Below, piece after piece: positions 24,730 through 36,005 of a DNA stretch of 64,000 nucleotides. The notes below the pieces were generated by a model. It was not told the origin of the DNA. It did not search any database and worked only from the letters and a program-made list of their open reading frames with translations. A program made the translations under genes and the position numbers. This stretch comes from Paramoeba atlantica (Eukaryota; Protista; Discosea), in assembly GCA_977017575.1 (NCBI GenBank), contig CDRNVI010000139.1, forward strand, positions 248,001-312,000, read 5' to 3'. Positions within the stretch are counted from its first letter, which is position 1, and the number at the start of each line of letters is the position of its first letter.

Positions 24730-25080
24730 GGAAGAGGGAGAAGATGGGGAAGAAGAAAAAGAAGAAGAAGAAGAAGAAGAAGGGTTTTGAAGAAGAAAGA
24801 GTTTTTTGAGACAAAGAAAACAAAAAGAAAGGCCACAACAAGGTAACAACCTTGGTTCTTTCTCCCAACTCATCAACTCCAAACATATCCCACATTCAAA
24901 TCTTTTCTTTTTCTCTTCTTCTTCCTTTCTTCTCTTTGTTGCCACTTCTCCATCTCCTTCTCTTTCTCTTTGTTTTTCTTTCTCTTTCTTTCCTCTTTTG
25001 GTTTTTCTCTTTTTCTCAGTTTCCAATTCTGTTCCTTCTTCTTCTCCTCCTCTCTTTCTCTTTTCTCTTTTCTCACTCAT
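22909..25080 (-). CDS. TRIM-NHL paralog G, apparently intact (~691 aa), shortened NHL loops
   Basis: Exon 1 25080-24549, intron 24548-24453, exon 2 24452-22909; blades 3-4 linkers altered (FGETRLGREEGVSG; SVNLQSGDYYLPHG). Confidence 0.85.
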
Positions 25081-25666
25081 TTTGTCTCTGTGAGGAAAAA
25101 GAGATCAATCAACAAAGAAGAAGAAGAAATACAAAAGGGAGAAGGTAAAAATGAGTAATTTGAAACAAAAAGAAAAAGAAAAGAAAAAAAACAAACATTT
25201 GCTTCACCAATTTCCAATTTGAGAAAATAACAAGAGAACAAACAACAAAGACCCCAAAAAATATCAAGAGAGGGGGAAGAGAAATCTCTGTGATAAGAAA
25301 AGGGGAGGAGTCAAAAAACCAAAACAGGGTGGATCAAAGAGGCCACAAACAAAACAATGGAGAAGGAAAGAGAGAGAGAGAGAGAGACTGAGGAGTTGTT
25401 TGAACTGTTGACAGTTATTGGAGACAATAACTTCTTGCGTTTTTCTCTGGTCAGATTTTTAGTGAGAGAAAAAAATGCCAAAAGAGAAAGAGTCTTTCTT
25501 ACAATTTTCAAAAAGGATGAAAGAATTTTGGTCCAAGAAGAAAAACACACAATAAAGATGAAAAAAGTGACACGAAATCAGAGAGAGAGAGAACCAACAG
25601 AAGACGAGAAAGAAAGAAGAACAAGAGACAAAGAAAAACAGAAAAAAAAGAGAGAAAAAAAAGGAA

Positions 25667-25755
25667 GGGTACGAAAAGAGGATTCAAAATTTTTTAAACC
25701 TCTGAAAAAAATATCACAAAAACACACCAAAAACTTTTTCTTTTTCGTTTTTCCC
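25667..25755 (+). promoter_or_regulatory. Conserved divergent-spacer block, G/H
   Basis: Near-identical to 2572-2660. Confidence 0.5.
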
Positions 25756-26140
25756 TCTCTCTCCTCTTTCTTCTCTCTTCTCTCTTCTGTTCACCCTTTC
25801 TCTTTCTCCTCCCTTCTCTTTGAGACACTCTGCAAATTGTTTTTTGGTTTTTTCTCTTTTTGTCTGGTGTGGGATAGTTTTGGTTTGTTCTTTTTCTTTT
25901 TCATTTTGTGTGTGTTTTCTCCCTCACATTTCTTTTCTTTTCTTTCAGAGATATCTTTCCCCCTCTCTTGTTTGACCTCTTCTTATCTTGAGTTCATTTT
26001 TGGGAAGGTGTTTTGTTTGTTCTTTGTCTTTGATCTTTGTTTTCTAAATTGGTGAAGAAAACTAATGTTTGTTTTTTTCTTTTCTTTTCTTTCTTTTTTT
26101 GTTGATTGATTTCTTTTTCCCACAGAGAGAGAGAGACAAA

Positions 26141-28037
26141 ATGAGTGAAAAAAGAGGAAAGAGAAAAAGAGGAGGAGAAGAAGGAACAAAATTAGAAAGT
26201 GAGAAAAAGAGAAAAACCAAAAGAGGAAAGAAAGAGAAAGAAGATGATGTTGATGTTGTTGTAATTGAAGAAGAAGAGGATGATCAAATAGAACAAAGAG
26301 AAAGAAGAAATGAGGATGTTCTTGGAAAGAGAGAACAAGAAGTAGGACAAAATGAAGGAGAAGGAGAGGAAGAAAGAGAAAGAGAAGAAGAAGTGGTGAT
26401 GAAAAGAAGAAGAAAGGAAGAAGAAGAGAAAAAGAAAAGATTTGAATGTGGCATATGTTTGGAATTGATGAGTTGGGAAAAAGAACCAAGGTTGTTACCT
26501 TGTTGTGGTCTTTCTTTTTGTTCTCTTTGTCTCAACAAACTCTTTCTCCTTCAAAATCCTTCCTCTTCTTCTTCTTCTTCTTCTCCCTCTTCTTCCTCTT
26601 CCCCCTCTCCCATTTCTTCTTTGGAAGGAAGGAGTGAAATGTCCAGTTTGTAGAGAAATGAACGAATGTGAAAGCATTGAAACACTTACGATGAATTATT
26701 TGATTCCAGAAACGATTGATGTTCTTCTTTCTTCAAATTTGATCTCTTTATCCCAACAATCAACTTCAGGTTTCATCTTCTTGATTTTTTTTTTCTTTTT
26801 TCTTTCTTTTCTCTTGTTGTTTTTGAACTGAGCCCCAAGACCACCCAATTCGACCCACCCACTCCTAAACCCAACATTCACTGACTTAGTTTCTTCTTTT
26901 TTAAATACACAAACAAATCAGGAGAAGCTAAAAGAAGATGTGCGAATTTTGGAGCGTGTGGAGAACGAACTCGAATGTATTGTTCTGATTGTAAAGTCTT
27001 TATTTGTGATTCTTGTGGTCCATCTCACTCTTCTTCCATTTTCTCTCGAAATCACAAACGATCTCAACAACAAAATGTTCCTTGTGGTGAGCAGAGTGAT
27101 GAAGGAGGTGGAAGAAGAAGATTGGAGGAGGGGGTGGTGATGAAGAAGAGAGAATGTTCAAAACACCCATCTGAAACAATCAGTGGATATTGTTTTGAAT
27201 GTTCTTCTTTTGTTTGCCTTCATTGTGTTCTTGAAACACATGTTCAACACAATGAGAAAGTGAAATCAATTGAAGAAAGTATTTTGAAGAAAAGGAATGA
27301 AGTTGTAAAGATTGGAGATAAATTGGAGAAAAGATTGGAGATTGTGGAAAAGAAAAGAAAAAGATTGAAGAAGAAATGAAAGAATTAGAAGAGAAATTAG
27401 AAAAGAAAAGAATGGAAAAGAAAGAAATAGAATTGGAGAAAGAAGATTTGAGAATAAGAAAAGATTCAATTATTCGTTTATCCAACACCCCAACAACAAC
27501 AACAACAACTGATTGTGATGTTTCTCTCTTTTTTGATGATCAACTTTTTTCAACTCTTCTTCAAACTGCAAATGATATTGTTTCTGAAGGAGGTGTTGTT
27601 GGATTTGGAAAGAAAGGAGTGATTTGTTGTGATGGTGGTGATTCTTTTCGTTTTGTTGGCTCTTCTTTTCCTTTGAAGAATCTACCTTATGGAGTGAGTG
27701 TGAACAGTGATGGGAATATTTTTATTTGTGAAGGTTGGGAGGGTGGATTGAAAGTGAGAGATAAAGAAGGAAATGAGATGATTGAATCAACAATTCAGAA
27801 AACAATTGATTCACTTCAGTTGAAACCTTATGATGTTTCAATTGGATTGAATGATCAAATTGTTGTTCTTGATTATTCTCAAGATTCTTTTCGAGTTGTA
27901 ATATTAAACAAAGAAGGAGAATTGATCAAATCTTTTGGATCAAAAGGTTCTAAAGATGGTCAGTTTAATGGACCGTGTGGGGTGGGTGTGGATGAAGAAG
28001 GTAGAATTATTGTTTGTCAATTGAATTTTGGAAATAA
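26141..28037 (+). pseudogene. TRIM-NHL paralog H (frameshifts and loss of NHL blades 4-6)
   Basis: 4-bp duplication at ~26628 (GAAGGAAGG); intron 26770-26921; -1 shift at ~27361; blade 3 fused to the terminal TCAATTGAATTTTGG at ~28015. Confidence 0.85.
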
Positions 28038-29001
28038 TTTTGAAAGAGAAGGTTTTTTTATTCTTATTTTTCTTTTTTTATTGTTTTTTGTGTTGTTGTT
28101 GGATGAGTGAAAAAGAATTTTCTTTTCTTTTTTGTATTTTTTTTGATTTGATTTTTTGATGTTTATTTTCCTTAAACCTTTCATGAAAGGAACACCGCCC
28201 CTTTGTTTCTCCAACAATTAGAGCTGTTTATTATTTTTGGTTTTTTTTTTTTTTGGATTTTCATTATTATTTCTTTTTCTTTTTTGTGTACTTTATTTTT
28301 TATTTTCATTTCTTTTTCTTTTGTTGTTTTTGGTTTTCATTTTTTGATTGATTTATCGACCACTTTTCCCCCTTCATTTTAGTCTCTGGCTCTGGCGCTT
28401 TGATTTTATTCTCCTTCTACCACTTTCGATTTTCTTCACATCAATAATAACTCTTCTCTCCTCGCACTCTCTTTCTTTCTTCATCTCTCAATTTGTTGTT
28501 TCTTTTTGTTTTTTTGATTTTGGGGTGGGGTATTTCTCAATTGCTCTTTTGATCAACCAACAAAAATATCCTTCCCCCAATTCAAAAAGGAAGAAATAAA
28601 AAGAAAAATAAAATATTTTAAGTCTTGAATGAATTTCAATCAATTGGATAAACGAAAGAGGATTTGGTTGTAGTGGAGAAGGAGGAGCAGAAGAAGAGAG
28701 GAAGTCTTTTTTTGACGTAAAATTGAAGCATTTCCACCACACAAAACTCAAAGAGAGACCAATTTTTCTGGTCAACAAAAAAAGATCAGAAAGTGATTCT
28801 AAAAAAACAAATCAAAATATCATTTCAAAAATAAAAAAATAAAACAAAATCACCCAAAAAAACAAAAACCATCTCTCACAAAAAAAGATACAAAATAAAA
28901 TGTCATTACATTGAAAAAAAAAACAACAAAAATGAGAAGAAAAAAAAAGAGAGAGAAAATGGAAAATAAGAATCAAAAAAACCTTCTCTTCAAACCTCTT
29001 T

Positions 29002-29218
29002 TCAAAATGATTTCCAAAATTCAATCGACTTGTTCTCATAATCTGAAACAATAATTGTTCCAAATGAATCAACAACAACCCCATAAGGTTCTTTCATATG
29101 ATCTTTCCTGAATCACAAACAACAATTCTACCTTCCCCATCCACAGCAACTCCTGTTGGACAATCGAATTGAGAATCACCTGAACCTTGTGTTCCAAAAC
29201 ATCGATAAAATTCCCTTA
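29002..29218 (-). pseudogene. NHL blade 5-6 fragment
   Basis: Matches paralog 3' ends with an internal deletion at ~29100; abruptly replaced by unrelated sequence at 29219. Confidence 0.75.
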
Positions 29219-29299
29219 AACCATCTGATGATTGAAAGTATAACAGTAATATTATAATAATTCATGCACCGTTGGATCAATCTCGGGAAGAATAAATAC

Positions 29300-29700
29300 A
29301 ACATTCAAAAGAACGAATACTTACAATCCCCACATGACAATTGTGTCACATTACAACAATCTGGCAAAGCGCCCACCAGCCAGAAAACATCACAAGGTAA
29401 ACACCTTCTTTATCACAGGTGACACCATCCCAAGGTCGAATGAAATCGCAAGGGGGAAGTAGGTTGAAGCCAATTTGTTTTTAAGAACCATCATGAGCCT
29501 CCTGTCTGAAGGTACAGCTCTTCCAACACAAGACGTTCGGAAAGAGATGGAACAGGAGATGGGACAGGAGATGGAGTCGGAGATGGAACAGGAGACGGAG
29601 TTGGAGAAGGAACAGAAATCGGAGGTAGAGATGGAACAGGGGACAGGAGATTCAAAAGAGAGAATAGTTGAGAGAGATTTTTTTTGTTTCAAAAAAAATT
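29300..29700 (-). pseudogene. Remnant of an LRR surface/receptor protein (Pro-Ser-Thr stalk plus LRR N-cap)
   Basis: Manual translation PSPTPSPVPSPTPSPVPSPVPSLSERLVLEELYLQTGGS*WFLKTNWLQPTS/PCDFIRPWDGVTCDKEG.../LVGALPD with a stop and frameshifts; GTAAGT donor at ~29310. Confidence 0.55.
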
Positions 29701-30098
29701 TCGAAAAATCATAACCCAACACGAAGAGAGAAAGTCTTTTCTTGAAGATCGATTTCTATTTAACGAAAAAAAAATCTTAGGAAACTAAATTAAAAACCAC
29801 CAATTGTGGAAAAAGGTCATGCAAAAATCCACTCTCAAAAAATCACTTTCCACAAAAAATGAAAAAAAATACTCACCCTTCAAAATTGAAGAGAAATCTT
29901 GTCCTAATTCATAAAAATTCCATTTTGCCATCAAAAGAATTGAGAAGAAAACGAAAATTGAATGAAGGAAAGGCAACGAAAACAAAAAACTCGATGTTTC
30001 TGATCGAAAAACAGAGCAAATTCAACCAATGAAAAGGACTCTTTTCAAAGGAAAGAAAAAAAGTGGAATAAAATTGAACCTCTTCAATTTCTCTCCAA

Positions 30099-31753
30099 TT
30101 ACCTCCACCACGAAATCAACTTGCTCTCATAATCTGAAACAAGAATTGCTCCAAAAGAATCAATAACAATCCCACGAGGTCTTTTCATGTGATCTTCACC
30201 AAAAGAAAAAAGAAATGTTCCATCTTTCTCAAACACACTCACTCTTCCATTTCCTAATTCACCAACAACAATTCTACCTTCCCCATCCACATCAACACTT
30301 CTTGGACACTCCAATTGAGAAACACCTGAACCTCTTGTTCCAAAACATCGAATAAAATTCCCTTCAATATCCATCACTTGAATCCGATGATTTAAACCAT
30401 CGCAAATAACAATATTCCCATCTCTATCAACTGCAACAGCATAAGGTTTGTTAAATTGACCTTCAGAAGAACCTCTCGAACCAAAAGAATGAAGAAAAGA
30501 TCCATCATTATCAAACACTTGAATTCGATGAGACCAAGTATCACAAACAATAATATTACCTTCTTCATCCACACCCACTCCCCATGGTCTGTCAAACTGA
30601 CCAAGTTGAGAACCATTTGATCCAAATGATTTGATTAACTTTCCTTCGTTGTTTAATATTACAACACGAAAAGAATCTCGAGACCAATCAAGAACAACAA
30701 TTTGATCATTCAATCCAATTGCAGCATCAACAGGTTCCAACTGAAGTGAATCAACTGTTTTCTGAATTGATTGAATCTCATTTCCTTCTTTATCTCTCAC
30801 TCTCATCCCACCCTTCCATTCGCAAATAAAGAGATTCTCATCACTGTTCACACACACTCCTAAAGATTCATTCAAAGGAAAAGAAGAAAAGACACGAAAC
30901 GAATCACCACCACCATCACAACAAATCACTCCTTTCTTTGGTTTAGATCGCAAGGATGGCGCAACTCCAGCCTCAGAAACAATATCATTTGCGGTTTGAA
31001 GAAGAGTTGAAAAAATTTGATCATCAAAAAAGAGAGAAAGATCCGTTGGTGTGTTGGATAAACGAATAATTGAATCTTTTCTGATTCTCAAATCTTCTTT
31101 CTCCAATTCTATTTCTTTCTTTTCAATTCTTTTCTTTTCTAATTTCTCTTCTAATTCTTTCATTTCTTCTTCAATCCTTTTTCTTTTCTTTTCAACAATC
31201 TTCAATCTTTTCTCCAATCCATCTCCAATCTTTATAACTTCATTTCTCTTCTTCAAAATACTTTCTTCAATCGATTTCACTTTCTCTTTGTGTTGAACAT
31301 GAGTTTCAAGAACACAACAAACACAAACAAAAGAAGAACATTCAAAACAATATCCACATATCAACTCAGATAAATGGATTGAACACTTTTCTTTCTTCAT
31401 CTCTGAGTTCTCATCATCGCCACCACCGCTGTTTGTTTCGCAAAGGACCGGCTCTGGTGGCAAAATTAAATCATTGAGCCAAAATCAACAAAAAGAAAAT
31501 TGATCCTTCAGCAAGAAAAAAAAATCATCTCAAAATAAATGAAACCAAGAAAAAGAAACCTGATTGATTGGAAGAGGGTTTTGAAAACAAATTGGAAGAG
31601 GAAGAAAGAAGAACATCAATCGTTTCTGGAATCAAATAATTCATCGAAAGTGTTTCAATCGTTTCACATTTGTTCATTTCTCTACAAACAGGACATTTCA
31701 CTCCTTTCAAAGAGGAAGGGGATAAAGAAGAAGAAGAAGAAGAAGAAGAAGAA

Positions 31754-31794
<41 letters not shown>

Positions 31795-31804
31795 GGAAGA
31801 AGAG

Positions 31805-31835
<31 letters not shown>

Positions 31836-32157
31836 GAGAAGAAGAGGAAGAAGAGGAAGAAGAGGAAGGATTTTGAAGAAGAAAAAGTTTGTTGAGACAA
31901 AGAGAACAAAAAGAAAGACCACAACAAGGTAACAACCTTGGTTCTTTTTCCCAACTCATCAATTCCAAACATATCCCACATTCAAATTTTTTCTTTTTCT
32001 TTTCTTCTTCTCTCTTTCTTCTTTTCATTGCCACTTCTTCTTCTCTTATCTCATTCCCAACAACAGGATCAGCGCTTTGTTCTTTCCTTTTTCTTTTTTT
32101 CTCTGCATTCTCACTTTCTCCTCCCATTCCTCTTCTCTTTCCGATTCCTTCACTCAT
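30099..32157 (-). CDS. TRIM-NHL paralog I, lacks B-box1, very long poly-Ser in RING (~650 aa)
   Basis: Exon 1 32157-31560, intron 31559-31454 (acceptor CCACCAG inferred), exon 2 31453-30099; a single B-box CSIHLSELICGYCFEC. Confidence 0.8.
31718..31868 (+). repeat. (GAA/GAG)n microsatellite encoding the poly-Ser RING loop of paralog I
   Basis: ~150 bp of near-pure triplet repeat inside exon 1. Confidence 0.95.
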
Positions 32158-32255
32158 CTAATCATTCAACACACAGAGAAAACACAAAAAAAGGAGAAAG
32201 GGGTCCAAACGAAACAGAAGAGAATAGAGAGAGAGAAGAGAAAAGAGAGAAGAGA

Positions 32256-32344
32256 GGGAAAAACGAAAAAGAAAAAGTTTTTGGGTGTTTTTTGTGATAT
32301 TTTTTTCAGAGGTTTAAAAAGTTTTGAATCCTCTTTTCGTACCC
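32256..32344 (-). promoter_or_regulatory. Conserved divergent-spacer block, I/J
   Basis: Reverse complement of 2572-2660. Confidence 0.5.
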
Positions 32345-32829
32345 TTCCTTTTTTTTCTCTCTTGTTCTTTCTTTCTTTTCTTGGTTCTCTCTATTTCAGT
32401 TTTCTTGGACCGATTTCTCTCTCTTTTTGAATCCGACACAAATTGACCTTTGTGTTCCTCTCTCTTTTCTCTTTTCATGTTTGTTTTTGATTTCTTTTTT
32501 CTTTTTTCATGATTTTCTTCTCAAGATTCAATATTATTTTCTGTTCTTTTCAGTGACTCTCGCGTATTTTTTGTCTTCTCTCTCTCTCTTTGTTGTGTGG
32601 AGGAGGTGTGTTCTTGAACTCCTTTGAAGGTGATTTGTTTTTGGTTGGAAAAAAACAGACTATTGTATTATTTTGTTCTCCTCTCTTTCTTTCCTTTTTC
32701 TTTTCTTCTTTTTTCATTTCTTTAATCTCTTTCTTTTTTCACATATTAAGATAAGAGAGAACTACGTTGAATTGTCGTTGTTGGAAAACTGTGTGTTTTG
32801 GTTTTGATTGAAAGAAGAGCAAAAAGAGA

Positions 32830-34770
32830 ATGAGTGGACAACAAGGAAAGAGAAAGAGAGAAGTGGTGAGAACTGGGAGTGAGGAGGAGAAAAGAAAATC
32901 GAAAAGAGAAAAGAGAGAACAAATTACTCATGATGGGGATGTTATCCTTGGTGGAGTTGAGAATGATGAAGACGGAAAAGAACAAAGAGGAAGAAGAAGT
33001 AAGGATGTTCTTGGAAAGAGAGAACAAGAAGTGGGAGGAAATGAAGGAGAAAGAGAAAGAGAAAGAGAAGAAGAGATGATAAAGAGAAGAAGAAAGGAAG
33101 AAGAAGAGAAAAAGAAAAGGTTTGAATGTGAAATATGTTTGGAATTGATGAGTTGGGAAAAAGAACCAAGGTTGTTACCTTGTTGTGGTCTTTCTTTTTG
33201 TACTCTTTGTCTTAACAAACTCTTTCTTCTTCAAAATCCTTCTTATTCTTCTTCCTCTTCTTCTCCCTCTCCCTCTTCTTCCTCTTCCTCTTCTTCTTCT
33301 TCATCCTCTTTGAAAGGAGTGAAATGTCCAGTTTGTAGAGAAATGAACGAATGTGAAAGTGTTGAAACACTTTCGATGAATTATTTGATTCCAGAAACGA
33401 TTGATCTTCTTCTTTCTTCAAATTTGATTTCTTTCTCCAATCAATTAAGTTTTTTTTCTTTTGTTTTCTAAATTGATTGTCTCTTTTCTTTTTCAACCTT
33501 TCTCCTTCTCTCTTGAATTGACGAAAAAGAAACCAAAAACAGGAGATGGTGGATCAAAATGTGCGAATTTCGAAACATGTGGAGAACGAACTCGAATGTT
33601 TTGTTCCCAATGTGAGATGTTTATTTGTGATTCTTGTGATCCATCTCACACTTCTTCTATTTTCACTCAAAATCACAAACGATGTGAAAGAGATGGTGTT
33701 GAGGGAAGAGGTGGAAGAAAAAGATTGGAAGAGGAGGGAGGGGTGATGGGATTGGAGAATTTGAAGAGAGAATGTTCAAAACACCCATCTGAAACAATCA
33801 GTGGATATTGTTTTCAATGTTCTTCTTTTGTTTGTCTTCGTTGTGTTCTTGAAACACATGTTCAACACAATGAGAAAGTGAAATCGATTGAAGAAAGTAT
33901 TTTAGAGAAAAGGAATGAAGTTGTAAAGATTGGAGATAAATTGGAGAAAAGATTGATTGAGATTGAAGAAGAAAGAAAAAGAATTGAAAAAGAAATGAAA
34001 GAATTAGAAGAGAAATTAGAAAAGAAAAGAATTGAAAAGAAAGAAATAGAATTGGAGAAAGAAGATTTGAGAATAAGAAAAGATTCAATTATTCGTTTAT
34101 CCAACACACCAACAACAACAACAACAACAACAACAACTGATTGTGATGTTTCTCTCTTTTTTGATGATCAACTTTTTTCAACTCTTCTTCAAACTGCAAA
34201 TGATATTGTTTTTGAAGGAGGTGTTGCTGGATTTGGAAAGAAAGGAGTGATTTGTTGTGATGGTGGTGGTGATTCTTTTCGCGTTGTTTCTTCTTTTCCT
34301 TTGAAGAATCTACCTCGTGGAGTGAGTGTGAACAGTGATGGGAATATTTTTATTTGTAAAGAGGATGGTGGATTGAAAGTGAGAGATAAAGAAGGAAATG
34401 AGATGATTGAATCAACAATTCAGAAAACAATTGATTCACTTCATTTGAAACCTGTTGATGTTTCAATTGGATTGAATGATCAAATTGTTGTTCTTGATTG
34501 GTCTCAAGATTGTCGGAGAGTTGTAATATTAAACAAAGAAGGAGAATTGATCAAATCTCTTGGATCAAGAGGTTCTGAAGTGGTCAGTTTGATGAACCAT
34601 ATGGTGTGGATGTGGATGAAGATGTTTTGGAACAAAAGGTTCAGGTGATTCTCAATTGAGCTATCCAAGAGGTGTTGATGTGGATGAAGTATCTTATTGT
34701 TATTGATTCTTTTGGAACAATTATTGTTTCAGATAATGCTAAAATGTCAATTGTATTTTGGAAATCATTT
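32830..34770 (+). pseudogene. TRIM-NHL paralog J (frameshift and two NHL deletions)
   Basis: Exon 1 32830-33448, intron 33449-33542; 1-bp loss at ~34580 (GAAGTGGTCAG); deletions at ~34620 and ~34688. Confidence 0.85.
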
Positions 34771-35778
34771 TGGAAGAGATGGAGGTTTTTCTCTTTTTAT
34801 TTTTGTTTCCTTTTTTGTTTGAAGAAAATTAAAAACAAGAAATTAATCTATTTTTTTCTCTTCTCTTCTCTTTTCCCCCTTGCTCCCCTTCCTCCCCTCC
34901 TCCCTTTTCTCCTTTTTAGTCTCGTTGTGGTGTGGTGTGGTGTGGTCTTCTTCTTCCCCCCAAAATCATCATCATTCTTCTTCTTCCAATTTTTGATTCG
35001 ATTTTTTTCTCCTTCTTCTTCAAAAACACTTTTCTTTGATTTTGTTTCTCCTCTCATTTTGTGTTTTGTTGTTGTGTTTTTGTGTTTTGTGTTTTTGTGA
35101 AAATTTTCTCTCTTTCTCTTCCTCTTCTCTTTTTTTGATTTAAATTATTTTCCTGTTTTTTGAATGATTCTTTTTGTGTTGCTCTGTCTTTTTGTTGAGA
35201 TTTCCATTTTTTTTTTGATCTTCTTTTTTGTTCTGTTCCTTTTTTTTGTTTTGTTTTTGTTTTATGTTCTTTTTGTTGATTCATCTTTTTGATTTGGTTG
35301 GCTGAAGAATACCCAAACTCACCTCCACTCTTTCGTCCCTTTTTTTTCTTTTTTTTTTTGGTTGTTGGGAGGGGGGAGAGGAAGAATTCGTATTTTGGTT
35401 GATTGAATGAGAGAAACACAATTTTTGGGAAAAAGAAATTTTAATCAACAAAAAATTAAGAATTGTTTCCACAAAAGGATCAAGAAATTGAGAAAAAGAA
35501 AGAAAGAAAAGAATGAGAAGATAGAGAAAGAAGAGTCATTATTGGTCTGTGGAGCAAATCGAAAAAAAAAGGTTTGAAAGAAGGAGAATAAAATCAAAGC
35601 GAAAAATTGGGAACAAAGAACACCCCGATATTTTGTGCACCAGAAGAGACTAAAAAGAAAGGAAAAGGGAGAGAAAGAAAGAGAAAGGGAAGGAGAAGAA
35701 GGATAAAAATCGAATCGAAATTGAAGAAGGCGATTGGAAAAGAAGAAGACCACACCACACCACAACAGAAACTAAAAC

Positions 35779-35855
35779 CGTTGAAGTCTGAATTCACTGA
35801 ATATTCCTTATGACAAACAATGTTGATCAATTCAATTGGTCTCGAGGAATTAACG
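35779..35855 (+). mobile_element. 77-bp insertion with 5-bp TSD (AAAAC)
   Basis: AAAAC at 35774-35778 and 35856-35860; absent from homologous spacers (15585, 60998); shares internal and 3' sequence with 41758-41937. Confidence 0.7.
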
Positions 35856-36005
35856 AAAACTAAAAGAAGGGGGAGGGAGGAAAGAGTAAAAAAATGAATT
35901 TCTTTCATTTTCCTTTAAAAACAAGAAAAAAAAGAAACAAAAATAAAAATGATACAAGAAAAAGAAAGAGAAAAGAAAATGAAAAAAAAAACCCTTTCCT
36001 CTGTT

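Noticed and set aside
29217-29220. TTAA at the junction of the NHL fragment and foreign DNA as a piggyBac target site
   Set aside because: There is no TIR and no matching TTAA at the other end
29475-29714. Plus-strand ORF with EMEQEMGQ repeats as a gene
   Set aside because: It is better explained as the antisense of the Pro-Ser-Thr stalk of the minus-strand LRR remnant
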